Shown here: piece after piece, positions 10,408 to 21,329 of the stretch
Numbering within the stretch: the first letter of the stretch is position 1
Layout: the number at the start of each line of letters is the position of its first letter
Assembly: GCA_017542245.1 (NCBI GenBank)
Contig: JAFXXN010000016.1
Coordinates: forward strand, 25,711-89,710
Source of the DNA: Lachnospiraceae bacterium
GTDB taxonomy: Bacteria > Bacillota > Clostridia > Lachnospirales > Lachnospiraceae
Direction: 5' to 3'
Length of the DNA: 64,000 nucleotides
The notes under the pieces: model-generated
What the model saw: the letters and a program-made list of their open reading frames with translations, nothing else
Database searches by the model: none
Told to the model about the DNA's origin: nothing
Translations under genes and position numbers: made by a program

Positions 10408-11427
10408 ATGGTAGCTAAAACTGATTACATACCTAAAAATGAAGACTTTGTATTCGCTCCGGCTAAGGTTAAAGAGAGTGCAGTAAAAGAAGCAGTAAGC
10501 GGAGTAAAACATGAAACATTAAAGCGCTTTATGGCACAAAAATCCGCTGTATGCGGAGCAGTGATACTTATCCTTTTGATTTTGCTGAGTCTTATCGGCC
10601 CATATATTACAGGTCACTCATATGATGAGCAGAACTTATCCTATGCCAATATGGCTCCTAAGGTACCTTTGCTTTCCGGACTTGGTATACTTGACGGTTC
10701 TGAATCTGTTCCAAAGACCAGCGGAACAGTTGTAGAAAATAAATACGAAACACTGGGCCTTGATGATACCTATTATTTGTTTGGCACCGACAGCCTGGGA
10801 AGAGACATGTTTGCAAGATGCTTTATGGGACTTAGGATTTCCCTTGTGATAGCTCTTGTAGCAACTTTGATAAACCTGATCATAGGTATGAACTACGGTA
10901 TTATTTCAGGTTATTTTGGAGGTACTGTAGACCTGATAATGCAGCGTGTTATTGATGTATTGAGCAGTATACCTACTCTGGTCGTAGTAACTCTGTTAAT
11001 GCTTGTGTTAAAACCGGGTATGGGATCTATTATTGTAGCATTAATGGTATCCGGATGGTTTGAAATGAGTCTGATTGCCAGAGCAGAAGTCTTAAAGGTT
11101 AAGGAACTCGAATATGTTCAGGCTGCCAAAACTATGGGAGCAGGGCATCTTCATATCATATTCAGGGATATCGTTCCAAATATTGTAGGAAAACTTGTAA
11201 CTCAGATAATGCTGAGTATACCCAGCGCAGTTTTCCTTGAAGCATTTTTGAGCTTTGTCGGACTCGGAATGCCGGCAGGAACATGCTCTTTGGGAACTCT
11301 TCTTTCCGATGGATTTAAAAATGCTATGCTTCATCCCTATAAACTTTTACCCGCAGCGATCATAATGATACTTTTGATGGTTGGCTGCCATCTTGTAGCT
11401 GAAGGAATTAAAAAATCTACAGAATAA
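10408..11427 (+). CDS. oppC: peptide ABC transporter permease
   Basis: OppC/DppC-like protein with a long N-terminal extracytoplasmic segment, the motif GTDSLGRDMFAR, and an EAA-like region. Confidence 0.9.
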   Translation: MVAKTDYIPKNEDFVFAPAKVKESAVKEAVSGVKHETLKRFMAQKSAVCGAVILILLILLSLIGPYITGHSYDEQNLSYANMAPKVPLLSGLGILDGSESVPKTSGTVVENKYETLGLDDTYYLFGTDSLGRDMFARCFMGLRISLVIALVATLINLIIGMNYGIISGYFGGTVDLIMQRVIDVLSSIPTLVVVTLLMLVLKPGMGSIIVALMVSGWFEMSLIARAEVLKVKELEYVQAAKTMGAGHLHIIFRDIVPNIVGKLVTQIMLSIPSAVFLEAFLSFVGLGMPAGTCSLGTLLSDGFKNAMLHPYKLLPAAIIMILLMVGCHLVAEGIKKSTE

Positions 11428-11500
11428 TGTTTACAGCGGAAGAAATAAAAAATCTACATAATAAAAGTTGATTTAGAATATTATCAGAATACTAAGTAAA

Positions 11501-11536
11501 ACAATCAGAGAGGTGACTTTCTGGTTGTTTTTTTGT
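11501..11536 (+). terminator. Rho-independent terminator of the peptide ABC operon
   Basis: Stem ACAATCAGA/TCTGGTTGT followed by TTTTTTTG. Confidence 0.65.
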
Positions 11537-11585
11537 TTATACTTATTAACATATAGCAGAGGTGTATTTATTTCATTAATCCATA

Positions 11586-11614
11586 TTGACATTCCTGATA
11601 CGTAAAGGTATCAT
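11586..11614 (+). promoter_or_regulatory. sigma-A-type promoter candidate for uvrC
   Basis: TTGACA-17 nt-TATCAT, 45 nt upstream of the uvrC ATG. Confidence 0.4.
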
Positions 11615-11659
11615 GATATTATGGGAAGTGTATGTAAAAGAATGCAATGGGAGAGATAA

Positions 11660-13483
11660 ATGTTTGATATAAAGGAAGAACTGAAAAAACTGCCGGACAG
11701 TCCCGGAGTTTATATAATGCATGACAAATCCGACAATATTATATATGTCGGAAAGGCTATTAATCTAAAAAGGCGTGTGAGTTCCTACTTTCAGTCAAAA
11801 CCACGCAGCCCCAAAATAGAAAAAATGATCTCACTGATAGACCATTTTGAGTACATAATGGTAAAAAGTGAGATGGAAGCGTTTGTATTAGAGTGCAATC
11901 TGATCAAAGAAAACCGTCCTAAGTACAATACCATGCTTATGGATGATAAAACCTATCCTTTCGTAAAGGTTACGATAAATGAAAAATACCCCTGTATATA
12001 TCTTACAAGACATCATACCAGGGATAAATCCAAATACTACGGACCATATACTAATGTTACGGCAGTCAGGGAAATACTTAAGATGTTTAGAAAATTATAC
12101 GGATACCGTACCTGCGTGAAAAAACTGGACGGGACAAAGATTGACCGGCCGTGTCTTTATTATCAGGTGGGAGAATGCATGGGGCCGTGTTCCGGAAAAG
12201 TCAGTGAAGAAGAATATAGAAAAGGAATAGATGAGATAATCAGATTCTTCGAAGGAGACAGTACCGAGGTAAAAAAGAACCTGAAAAGTAAGATGCTTGA
12301 ATGCTCTGAAAATCTTGAATTTGAAAAAGCTGCCGAATACCGTGATATGCTGAATAATGTAGAACAGCTCGGACAAACCCAGAGAGTTACGGCTTCGGAT
12401 GATATGAACAGAGATGTTATCGGAATTGCAATGAAAGAATACAAGGCAATCGTTCAGATTTTCTTTATACGTCAGGGAAGAATGGTAGGAAGGGAACACT
12501 ACCTGGTTGAAGCGGAGGACGATTCCAAGTCTTTGGTACTTTCAGAATTTGTGAAACAGTTTTATGGGGGAACGGCTGTTATACCAAAGGAAATATTGCT
12601 TTCTGAAGATATAGATGAAAAAGATCTGATATCCGGCTGGTTATCGGACAGAACCGGAGTAAAGATAAAGCTCATAACCCCAGTAAAAGGGAAAAAAGAA
12701 AAACTTGTTGAACTGGCAGTCGAGAATGCTTTAAATCTGCTTGAAAAAGATATGGATAAATTAAAGAGAGAGGCAGAGAGAACTACCGGAGCAGCAGAGG
12801 AACTTGGCAGGCTTTTGGGAATAGATACACCTGTAAGAATGGAATCCTATGATATATCAAATACTCAAGGGTTTGAATCCGTGGGATCTATGGTGGTCTA
12901 TGAAAACGGAAAACCGAAAAAAAGTGATTACCGGCGCTTCCGAATCAAAACTGTAGTCGGAGCGGATGATTATGCCTCAATGCGTGAGGTTTTAAGCAGA
13001 AGATTTGCAAATACGAATGCCGGGTTTGAGAAAATTCCGGACCTGATACTAATGGACGGAGGAAGAGGACAGGTAAATGCAGCACTTGAAATAGCTTCGC
13101 AGTGCGGGCTTGATGTAAATATCTGCGGTATGGTAAAGGATGATCATCACAGGACCAGAGGTATATACTTTGAAAACAAAGAAATCCCTGTCGATCCTTC
13201 AAGCGAATACTTTAAACTTGTAACACGCATTCAGGATGAGACCCACCGCTTTGCCATAGAATATCATAAAAAACTCCGTTCAAAGGCACAGGTTAAATCT
13301 GTTCTTGACGACATAGAGGGAATAGGAAGTACCCGCAGGATAAATTTAATTAAACACTTTGAGACCATAACAGCTATAAAAGAAGCAGCAGTGGAAGAAC
13401 TGACACAGGCACCCGGAATGAACAAAAAAGCCGCGGAAGCAGTATACGCATTCTTCCATAACAGTGAAAACCAAACATCATAA
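11660..13483 (+). CDS. uvrC: excinuclease ABC subunit C
   Basis: GIY-YIG N-terminus (PGVYIMHDKSDNIIYVGKAINLKRRV), a UVR domain and a C-terminal HhH. Length 607 aa. Confidence 0.95.
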   Translation: MFDIKEELKKLPDSPGVYIMHDKSDNIIYVGKAINLKRRVSSYFQSKPRSPKIEKMISLIDHFEYIMVKSEMEAFVLECNLIKENRPKYNTMLMDDKTYPFVKVTINEKYPCIYLTRHHTRDKSKYYGPYTNVTAVREILKMFRKLYGYRTCVKKLDGTKIDRPCLYYQVGECMGPCSGKVSEEEYRKGIDEIIRFFEGDSTEVKKNLKSKMLECSENLEFEKAAEYRDMLNNVEQLGQTQRVTASDDMNRDVIGIAMKEYKAIVQIFFIRQGRMVGREHYLVEAEDDSKSLVLSEFVKQFYGGTAVIPKEILLSEDIDEKDLISGWLSDRTGVKIKLITPVKGKKEKLVELAVENALNLLEKDMDKLKREAERTTGAAEELGRLLGIDTPVRMESYDISNTQGFESVGSMVVYENGKPKKSDYRRFRIKTVVGADDYASMREVLSRRFANTNAGFEKIPDLILMDGGRGQVNAALEIASQCGLDVNICGMVKDDHHRTRGIYFENKEIPVDPSSEYFKLVTRIQDETHRFAIEYHKKLRSKAQVKSVLDDIEGIGSTRRINLIKHFETITAIKEAAVEELTQAPGMNKKAAEAVYAFFHNSENQTS

Positions 13484-13497
13484 TATTGGAGAAAAAA

Positions 13498-16400
13498 ATG
13501 CCGTTATTTTATCATTTAGGTAGTTCCGGCGCGGGAAAGACCACCGGAATACAGAAGAAAATAGTTAAGGAGGCAGCTGCGGATATAAACCGTAACTATC
13601 TTTTTATAGTACCGGAACAGTTCACTCTTCAGACTCAGAGAGAGATACTGGAGAAAAGCGAAACATCCGGTATGTACAATATAGATGCTTTAAGTTTTAA
13701 CAGGCTTTGCTACCGTGTGTTTGAAGAACAGGGACTTGAACTGCCGATTGTTCTTGAGGATACGGGAAAGAGCATGATAGTAAAAAAAGTGGTCCTTGAA
13801 CATAAGGATGAACTTATCATTTACAGGGATAAGGTAAAAAAACAGGGTTTTATTGAAGAAATGAAATCCCTTATAGCTGAATTTTATCAGTATGGGATAG
13901 ATGAAAAACGCATAGATGAAATGCAGGAGTTAGCCGGAGACAGGCGGATACTTAAGTCAAAACTTCATGATATAAAGCTGATATACGAAGCATTCAAAAA
14001 GTTTATAGACGGACGTTTTGTCATGAATGAGGAAGTCATCGACAGAATGTGCGATATTGCTGCGGATTCTTCGCTTTTGAAGAATTCTGTTATTGTGCTG
14101 GATGGATTTACAGGTTTTACACCTTCACAGTATAACTGCATAAATACTATGATGAAATACTGCGCGGATATCCATGTGGTTCTTTCCATCGGGAAAGCTG
14201 AAGCGGAAAGAGTATCTAAAGGAGATTTAAGGTACGAGGGTTCTCTTTTTGAACTTTCGATAAAAACAATAAAAAAGCTTGAAGAACTTGCGTCAGCCAA
14301 CGGCATTATTTCTAAGACTGTTATTTATAATGATGAGAAAAACAGATATAAGAATAACCCATCCTTAGCTCATTTGGAAAATAATATTTTTAGATTCCCT
14401 TATTTAAGATCAAAGGATAAAAGTGCAATAACCCTTCTTTCAGCATCAAATATGGATGAAGAGGCTGACTTTGTTACTGCCAAGATACGGGAACTGATAT
14501 TTAATAATATATTAGATGAAAAAGAGAAAGAACCGGAAAAAGAAATAAGATATGAAAATATAGCGGTTCTTACCGGAAGCCTGGACTCATACGGAAGTAT
14601 ACTGGAAAGAAAATTCCGAAATGCCGGGATACCGATCTTTATCGATGAGAAACACAGTATATCAGGAATGAACATAGTGGATTTCATAGATTCGATAATA
14701 GATACGGAAATTTTCGACTACTCTTATGAAAGCGTATTCAGGTTTTTAAAAACAGGTCTTACAGACGTGGACAGGGACGAAACAGCCCGTATGGAAAACT
14801 ACGTGATAGCCCGCGGAAAAAAAGGATCCAGACAATGGAAACAGGAATGGAAGAAAGGTTCCGCAGATATTGAGGCTATTAACAAAACAAGGGAAAAGAC
14901 TGTAGAGATACTTGCTCCCTACAGGGATATTGAGAAAAAGAATCCCACTGTTACACAGAGACTTACAGCCATATATAATATACTAGATAACTGCCGGGTA
15001 GAAGAAAAAATATATAATCTTTCGGAATCCTTAAAGCAGAGCAGGGATATAAAGGAAAGAATAAAGGGTACCGAATTCGGCCAGGTTTTTAAAACTATAG
15101 TCACTGTGTTTGAAAGGATTAACGGACTGCTTGGTGAAGAGAGAATGGAACTGTCTGAGTTTAAGGACGTCCTTGATACCGGATTCAGTGAAGCAAAACT
15201 CCGCAGGATCCCAGGAGGAGCAGACAGTGTTGTTATAGGAGATATCGAAAGGACCCGTATAGATAATAAAAAAGTTATTTTTTTCGTAGGATGTAATGAC
15301 AGCGTAATTCCAAAGAATACTTCAAAGGAAGGTCTTTTAAACGAATTTGACCGTGAGCTTTTTGCAGAAAATGATATAGAACTCTCTCCAACAAAAAGAG
15401 ATTCTGCAACACTTAATGAATTTTATCTGTATCTGGCTCTTACAAAGCCTTCGGAAAAACTGTTTATTACTTTTGCACGTTCATCCGCAGATGACAAGGA
15501 GGCAAGGCCTGCTTATATATTCGGAAGGATAATGAAGCTATACGAAGATTTAAAGATACAGAGGCTTTCAAAATATGAACCGGAGAATATATATAGGCTG
15601 CTTGGAAGTGATAACGGACTAAGTACCGTGATCGCCGGGCTCAGAAACGGATATATTTCCGAAAGTGACGGAAAAAGTATATCAGAAAATCCTGCAGTAA
15701 TCGGTTTTCTAAAAGATATTCTAAAAGAGGAATCACCGAAACTGATGTCGTTTATAGAGGATGCAGTATCCGGAAAGCGAAAACGAACCAACCTTAAAAG
15801 AGAGGAAGCGGAAGAACTTTACGGAAGGATAATAATAGGAAGCATAACCAGGCTCCAGCTTTTTGCAGCATGTGCATTCTCGCATTTTGCCACATACGGG
15901 CTAAAATTAAAAGAACGGCAGGAATATAAGATAAGCGGACTTGAAATAGGAAATATTTATCATGCGGCTCTTCAGCATTATGCTTTGGGTTTAAAAAATG
16001 ATAAGAAAAAATGGACAGACTGCATTGATGACGAAAGAGATAAAAGAGAAGATGCCGCAATAGAAAAGGCATTGTCCGAGTATAACGATATAATTGACAG
16101 CACCAGAAGACTTGAATATTTCAGGACAAGCATAAAAAGGGTAATATCAAGAACAGTCGACACTGTTACAAAACAGATAGGCTGCGGAGAATTTGATGTC
16201 GGTTTTGTTGAAAAAGGTTTTACCCACGAGAGCACATTAATGAAGCTTACCGGTAAGATCGACAGAATCGACATGGTAAATAAGAACGGAAAAACATATA
16301 TCCGTGTTATCGATTATAAAACAGGAAAAACTTCCTTTGACATGGATCTTGTAAAGGCAGGATTGCAGCTGCAGCTTGCCATATATACGGCAGAGGCTGT

Positions 16401-16872
16401 GGCACTAATGAATGAAACAGAGCATGATACTGTTCCTGCCGGAATGTATTATTATAGGATAGATGACCCTATTCTGGACTATGAAAAGAGTTCTGAGAAA
16501 GACCGCATGAATAAACTTCGCCTCGACGGCCTTACGGTGGATGAGGATGATATCATAGGATTACATGATAAAAGCCTTATCGGTACTGACGGAAAAAGAC
16601 TTCCGGAAAAATCCGATATTATCAACTATGCATTTACAAAAGAAGGAAAACTGCATAGCGGATGTGAAAAATCCGTCATTTCCAAGGATGATTTTGAAAC
16701 AGTTTCAAATGTGGCATCAGCCAAGGCAAAAGAACTCGCACAGGAAATACTGGAAGGAAATGTTAATGTAGCTCCTTACGAAAACGACAGTTATAATCCT
16801 TGTACATACTGTTCGTTTTCGGGAGTTTGCGGATTTGACAAAAGACAGGGAGATTCATACAGAAAACTGTGA
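13498..16872 (+). CDS. addB: ATP-dependent helicase/deoxyribonuclease subunit B
   Basis: ATG at 13498 follows GGAGA. It has a degenerate Walker A GSSGAGKTT, a C-terminal RecB-nuclease motif (IDRIDMV..RVIDYKTG) and Fe-S cysteines CTYCSFSGVC. It lies directly upstream of addA. Confidence 0.9.
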   Translation: MPLFYHLGSSGAGKTTGIQKKIVKEAAADINRNYLFIVPEQFTLQTQREILEKSETSGMYNIDALSFNRLCYRVFEEQGLELPIVLEDTGKSMIVKKVVLEHKDELIIYRDKVKKQGFIEEMKSLIAEFYQYGIDEKRIDEMQELAGDRRILKSKLHDIKLIYEAFKKFIDGRFVMNEEVIDRMCDIAADSSLLKNSVIVLDGFTGFTPSQYNCINTMMKYCADIHVVLSIGKAEAERVSKGDLRYEGSLFELSIKTIKKLEELASANGIISKTVIYNDEKNRYKNNPSLAHLENNIFRFPYLRSKDKSAITLLSASNMDEEADFVTAKIRELIFNNILDEKEKEPEKEIRYENIAVLTGSLDSYGSILERKFRNAGIPIFIDEKHSISGMNIVDFIDSIIDTEIFDYSYESVFRFLKTGLTDVDRDETARMENYVIARGKKGSRQWKQEWKKGSADIEAINKTREKTVEILAPYRDIEKKNPTVTQRLTAIYNILDNCRVEEKIYNLSESLKQSRDIKERIKGTEFGQVFKTIVTVFERINGLLGEERMELSEFKDVLDTGFSEAKLRRIPGGADSVVIGDIERTRIDNKKVIFFVGCNDSVIPKNTSKEGLLNEFDRELFAENDIELSPTKRDSATLNEFYLYLALTKPSEKLFITFARSSADDKEARPAYIFGRIMKLYEDLKIQRLSKYEPENIYRLLGSDNGLSTVIAGLRNGYISESDGKSISENPAVIGFLKDILKEESPKLMSFIEDAVSGKRKRTNLKREEAEELYGRIIIGSITRLQLFAACAFSHFATYGLKLKERQEYKISGLEIGNIYHAALQHYALGLKNDKKKWTDCIDDERDKREDAAIEKALSEYNDIIDSTRRLEYFRTSIKRVISRTVDTVTKQIGCGEFDVGFVEKGFTHESTLMKLTGKIDRIDMVNKNGKTYIRVIDYKTGKTSFDMDLVKAGLQLQLAIYTAEAVALMNETEHDTVPAGMYYYRIDDPILDYEKSSEKDRMNKLRLDGLTVDEDDIIGLHDKSLIGTDGKRLPEKSDIINYAFTKEGKLHSGCEKSVISKDDFETVSNVASAKAKELAQEILEGNVNVAPYENDSYNPCTYCSFSGVCGFDKRQGDSYRKL

Positions 16873-16909
16873 TATTATTTAGTTCCTTTATGAGAAAAGG
16901 TGAGAATAT

Positions 16910-19900
16910 ATGAAAAGAGAATGGACCGAATTTCAAAAGCAGGTTATAGATAACAAAGACAAAAACCTGCTGGTTTCGGCTGCGGCAGGTTCCGGCAAGA
17001 CAGCTGTTCTTGTGGCCAGAATAATAAAGATGATAACAGATCCTGTTAGTCCTATAGACATAGACAAACTTGCGGTGATTACTTTTACACGGGCAGCAGC
17101 AGCACAGATGAAACAGAAAATATCCGATGAACTGGAAAAGCTTATAGAAAAGGAACCTGAAAATGTTCTTTACAGACGTCAGCAGAAGCTCGTATGTAAT
17201 GCAAATATCTGTACTATCGACAGCTTTTGCATAAATATTGTCAGATCATATTTTCAAAAGCTTGAGCTTGACCCTGCTTTTCGCATGGCTGACGATACAG
17301 AGCTTAAGCTGATAAAAAGTGACTGCATGGACGAGATCATGGAAAAATACCATGAAGAAGGAAGCGAAGAGTTTTATTATCTGATCGAAGCATATTGCAG
17401 TTATAAGTCGGATGAAAAACTTACGGAATATATATATAGTCTTGCAAGGCATGCCGAGTCGGCACCATGGCCTGTAAAATGGCTTGAATCAATCGAAAAA
17501 GATTTCAGTATAGAAAACGGAGAAAAACTTTCGGAATCCGGTCCGGCACAGAGTATTTTCAGGCATGTAAAGGAAAGGATCAGGGGTATACTGAATAGGA
17601 TTGACAGGATAAAGCTCATGTGTACCGAAGGAGACGGTGCACCGGATTATCTTGCAGCATTTGAATCTGACGAAAAAGTGCTGAATGGGATCCTTAATTC
17701 GGAAAACTATAAAGACATGGGAATAAAGCTTAACGCAATCACTTATGAAGCTTTTTCCAGAAAAAAAAGCGGAACAGCCGAAGCAAAGGAAAAGATTAAA
17801 AAATTACGGGATAAGTATAAAAACGAGATTGAAGGTTTAAAAAAGACCTTCTTCCCGGCGAATATCGATGAGGCAGCACAGATTATAAACAAATCGCTTC
17901 CGGCGGTAAAATGCCTTATAAACATGACAAAGGATTTTTTGAGCCTGTTTGCTGAGAAAAAGAGAGAACGTAATGTTATAGATTTTTCCGATGCAGAACA
18001 TTTTGCATTAAATATTTTATGGGGAGATACTCCTGAAGCACTGGAATTAAGAAAACAGTATCATGAAATAATAATCGATGAATATCAGGACAGTAATAAT
18101 GTTCAGGAGTTTATAGCAAATTCCATAGCAGGTACGCCCCAAAACCGTCCGTATATATTTACTGTAGGTGATGTAAAGCAGAGTATATATAAATTCAGAA
18201 ATGCATGTCCGGAACTTTTTATCGATAAGCAGGAAAGATATGACCGTAAAGAAGATAACGGTGAACTGATCATACTTGATAATAATTTCCGTTCAAGAGA
18301 AGAAGTTTTGGACAGCACAAACGCTGTTTTTAAACATGTTATGCGAAAGGAACTGGGCGGGATAGATTATAATGATAAATGTTCCTTAAAGCGCGGACTT
18401 GATTCTCAAAAATCTTTGGGAGATGATTCGCCTTACAAAACAGAAGTGATAATGCTTTCAGACGAAAATGCCGATATCACTACTGAGGCGAGGCTTGTGG
18501 CAAACAGGATAAAGAAGCTTATTTTTGAGGAAAAGCTCATGGTTCCCGATGAAGAAAAAGAGGGAGCCTTAAGACCTGTACGTTTTTCGGATATTGTAAT
18601 TCTACTAAGAACCATAAAGGGATGGGCTTCGGAGTATGCCGATGTTTTTGAAGAAGAAGGGGTACCGGTATTTACGGAAGATTCCGAAGGCTTCTTTAAA
18701 TCACAGGAAGTAAAACTTTTAATAGATTTCTTAAATATACTTGACAATCCTCAGCAGGATATCCCTTTTGCCGCAGTACTTCATTCCGTTATTGCGGGAC
18801 TTAATGAGGAAGAACTGGCCATTATCAGAATCTGTTCGGGTGAAAAGCAAAATTTCTATGAAGCTGCATTAAAGGTTTCTCAGGATGATATAAAAACAGG
18901 TACCGGACTGCCTGCTGATATGCAGGACATACTTTGCACTGCTTCGGAAAAATTAAAAGAATTTTTCTTATTATATAACGAACTTCAGGAATACCGAAAA
19001 ACATCTTCTGTTTCGGAACTTATAGAAAAGATTTACAGCAGTACCGGCATGTACTACTATTATTCAGCTATGTCCGATGGGGAAAGAAGGAAGGCAAATC
19101 TCGACATGCTTCCGTCCTATGCCGCCACTTATGAGACTACAAGTTATTCGGGACTTTTCAGTTTTATCAGATATTATGAAAAACTAAAGAGTAAAGAAAT
19201 CGATTACGGAGAATCGGGTTCCGCAGTAGTCGGTAATTGTGTGAGGATAATGAGCATACATAAAAGCAAGGGACTTGAATTCCCTGTTGTTTTTGTATCA
19301 GGACTCGGGAAACAGTTTAATTTCAAAGATTTAAGCGGAGATATTCTGATCAGTTCACAGCACGGTCTGGGAATAAAATATGTGGACATAGAAAAAAGAA
19401 TAAAATATCCATCTTTCTACCATGCAGTAATATCTATGCGCGGACATGAGGATATTATAGGAGAAGAGATAAGACTCCTTTATGTTGCCATGACCAGGGC
19501 AAAAGATAAGCTTATTCTTACGGGGCAGTTAAAGAATCAGAATGAAGGTACTGATTATGCATCATTATTTAAAGCTAAATGTTTTCTGGATTTTATTTTC
19601 CCGGTGCTTAATACCGAAAAAGATTTCTTTGATGCAAAGATAATCTCTAACGAAGAAATAGAAATAATCGATGCCGGTAAAGCGGATGATGTAATAGAAA
19701 AGGAAGAAACGGATGTTTCAGAGGATGAGATCAAACAAAAAATCCGTATGATCCATTCGGCTAAATATCCATACAGCAGCGAAGAAGAAATCCCTGTTAA
19801 AATGTCCGTATCCGAATTAAAACATATGCAGATAGAAGAAGAATTCGGAGAAAATATGTTTGAAGAAACACGTGAGTTTAGACCCGGAGACAGGACGCTG

Positions 19901-20464
19901 CCTGATTTTATAAGTGATAAAGGCGATGTAAAAGGCGGAACCGGTTACGGTACTCTTGTCCATAAATGCATGCAGTTTATGCCTATGGAGTACAGATCGG
20001 ATGAAGAAGTAGAAGTATTCCTAAATGAGATGGAGAAAAAGAAGAGGATAACCGGTGAGGAACATGAACGCCTGCATATAGCCGGATTTGTCAGATTCCT
20101 TAACGATACGATAGCTGAAAGAATAAGAAAGGCAGATAAACAGAACCGGTTCTACAGGGAAAAACAGTTTATGATAACTATCCCCGCAGAAAGGATCGAT
20201 CCGGAAAAATATAAAAACAGTAAAGTGCCCGTACCGGTTCAGGGAGTTATAGACGCCATGTTTGAAGAGGACGGAGAACTGGTGATCCTGGATTATAAAA
20301 CCGATAGTTTGAAAAACGGTGAGGAAGAGAAGCTCATAAAATTATACAGGAGGCAGCTTAATATATATGCAGAAGCTGCAGAAAGACTGATCGGAAAAAA
20401 GGTTAAGGAAAAACTGCTGTATTCATTTTCTTTAGGAAAGATTATTGAAGTTAGGGAAAGTTGA
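16910..20464 (+). CDS. addA: ATP-dependent helicase/nuclease subunit A
   Basis: UvrD-type helicase motifs (AAAGSGKTAVL, IIDEYQDSN, MSIHKSKGLEFPVVF) and a C-terminal nuclease motif (VILDYKTD). Confidence 0.95.
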   Translation: MKREWTEFQKQVIDNKDKNLLVSAAAGSGKTAVLVARIIKMITDPVSPIDIDKLAVITFTRAAAAQMKQKISDELEKLIEKEPENVLYRRQQKLVCNANICTIDSFCINIVRSYFQKLELDPAFRMADDTELKLIKSDCMDEIMEKYHEEGSEEFYYLIEAYCSYKSDEKLTEYIYSLARHAESAPWPVKWLESIEKDFSIENGEKLSESGPAQSIFRHVKERIRGILNRIDRIKLMCTEGDGAPDYLAAFESDEKVLNGILNSENYKDMGIKLNAITYEAFSRKKSGTAEAKEKIKKLRDKYKNEIEGLKKTFFPANIDEAAQIINKSLPAVKCLINMTKDFLSLFAEKKRERNVIDFSDAEHFALNILWGDTPEALELRKQYHEIIIDEYQDSNNVQEFIANSIAGTPQNRPYIFTVGDVKQSIYKFRNACPELFIDKQERYDRKEDNGELIILDNNFRSREEVLDSTNAVFKHVMRKELGGIDYNDKCSLKRGLDSQKSLGDDSPYKTEVIMLSDENADITTEARLVANRIKKLIFEEKLMVPDEEKEGALRPVRFSDIVILLRTIKGWASEYADVFEEEGVPVFTEDSEGFFKSQEVKLLIDFLNILDNPQQDIPFAAVLHSVIAGLNEEELAIIRICSGEKQNFYEAALKVSQDDIKTGTGLPADMQDILCTASEKLKEFFLLYNELQEYRKTSSVSELIEKIYSSTGMYYYYSAMSDGERRKANLDMLPSYAATYETTSYSGLFSFIRYYEKLKSKEIDYGESGSAVVGNCVRIMSIHKSKGLEFPVVFVSGLGKQFNFKDLSGDILISSQHGLGIKYVDIEKRIKYPSFYHAVISMRGHEDIIGEEIRLLYVAMTRAKDKLILTGQLKNQNEGTDYASLFKAKCFLDFIFPVLNTEKDFFDAKIISNEEIEIIDAGKADDVIEKEETDVSEDEIKQKIRMIHSAKYPYSSEEEIPVKMSVSELKHMQIEEEFGENMFEETREFRPGDRTLPDFISDKGDVKGGTGYGTLVHKCMQFMPMEYRSDEEVEVFLNEMEKKKRITGEEHERLHIAGFVRFLNDTIAERIRKADKQNRFYREKQFMITIPAERIDPEKYKNSKVPVPVQGVIDAMFEEDGELVILDYKTDSLKNGEEEKLIKLYRRQLNIYAEAAERLIGKKVKEKLLYSFSLGKIIEVRES

Positions 20465-20483
20465 TAACGGAGGAGCAATTTGT

Positions 20484-21302
20484 ATGGAACTGTTGAGCGG
20501 AACCCAGTATACAGATTTTGCATCAGTATATGACATGTTTATGGATAATGTGCCATATGACGAATGGGCAGAGTATCTTCACAGGCTCCTTAGGGAAAAC
20601 GGAGTAGAAAAAGGAATAATAGCCGAACTGGGATGCGGTACGGGAAGGATTACCAGAAAGCTTCGGGATTTCGGCTACGACATGATAGGAATCGACATTT
20701 CGAAAGAAATGCTGCAGATAGCCGCAGAAAAAGAACGCGAAGGGGTTGCGGGAGAAATCCTGTACCTGAACCAGGATATGCGTGAATTTGAATTGTTCGG
20801 TACGGTGGCAGCAGTTGTCAGTATCTGCGACAGTATGAATTATATCACTGAAAAAGAGGACCTTTTACAGATATTTAAACTTGTGGAGAACTATCTGGAT
20901 CCCGGAGGAGTATTTATCTTTGATATGAACACTCCATATTATTATAAGAAGGTACTGGGCGAGACAACCATATGTGACAACCGGGAGGAAGGAAGCCTTA
21001 TATGGGAGAATTATTATGATCCGGAATCGGGCATAAATGAATTCGATATAACCATATATATAGGAAGAAAAACAAAAAAGAAAAATACTTCCGGTACCGG
21101 GGATAAAGAAAAAGCAGAAGTTTATGAAAGATTTGAGGAGACTCATTATCAGCGTGCATATAAACCTAACATGATAAAAAAACTGCTTGAAAAAGCCGGA
21201 CTTGTGAATGTTAAGATGTATAAAGCATTTACCGGTGAAATCCCGGATTCAAAAACTGAAAGAATATATTTTATAGCATCAAAGAAACAACTAAGTATTT
21301 AA
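20484..21302 (+). CDS. class I SAM-dependent methyltransferase
   Basis: The start is at MELLSG, after GGAGGAG. Motif I is ELGCGTGRIT. Confidence 0.8.
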   Translation: MELLSGTQYTDFASVYDMFMDNVPYDEWAEYLHRLLRENGVEKGIIAELGCGTGRITRKLRDFGYDMIGIDISKEMLQIAAEKEREGVAGEILYLNQDMREFELFGTVAAVVSICDSMNYITEKEDLLQIFKLVENYLDPGGVFIFDMNTPYYYKKVLGETTICDNREEGSLIWENYYDPESGINEFDITIYIGRKTKKKNTSGTGDKEKAEVYERFEETHYQRAYKPNMIKKLLEKAGLVNVKMYKAFTGEIPDSKTERIYFIASKKQLSI

Positions 21303-21329
21303 GAGAATACAGAAAAGGAGATTTTATAT

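Noticed and set aside
12095-12499. Antisense ORFs inside uvrC. The same kind of ORF appears opposite addA, addB, flgL, fliD, the opp genes and guaA.
   Set aside because: All lie wholly within strongly supported genes on the other strand. They lack SDs and show low-complexity Ser/Phe/Ile-rich translations typical of AT-rich antisense frames.
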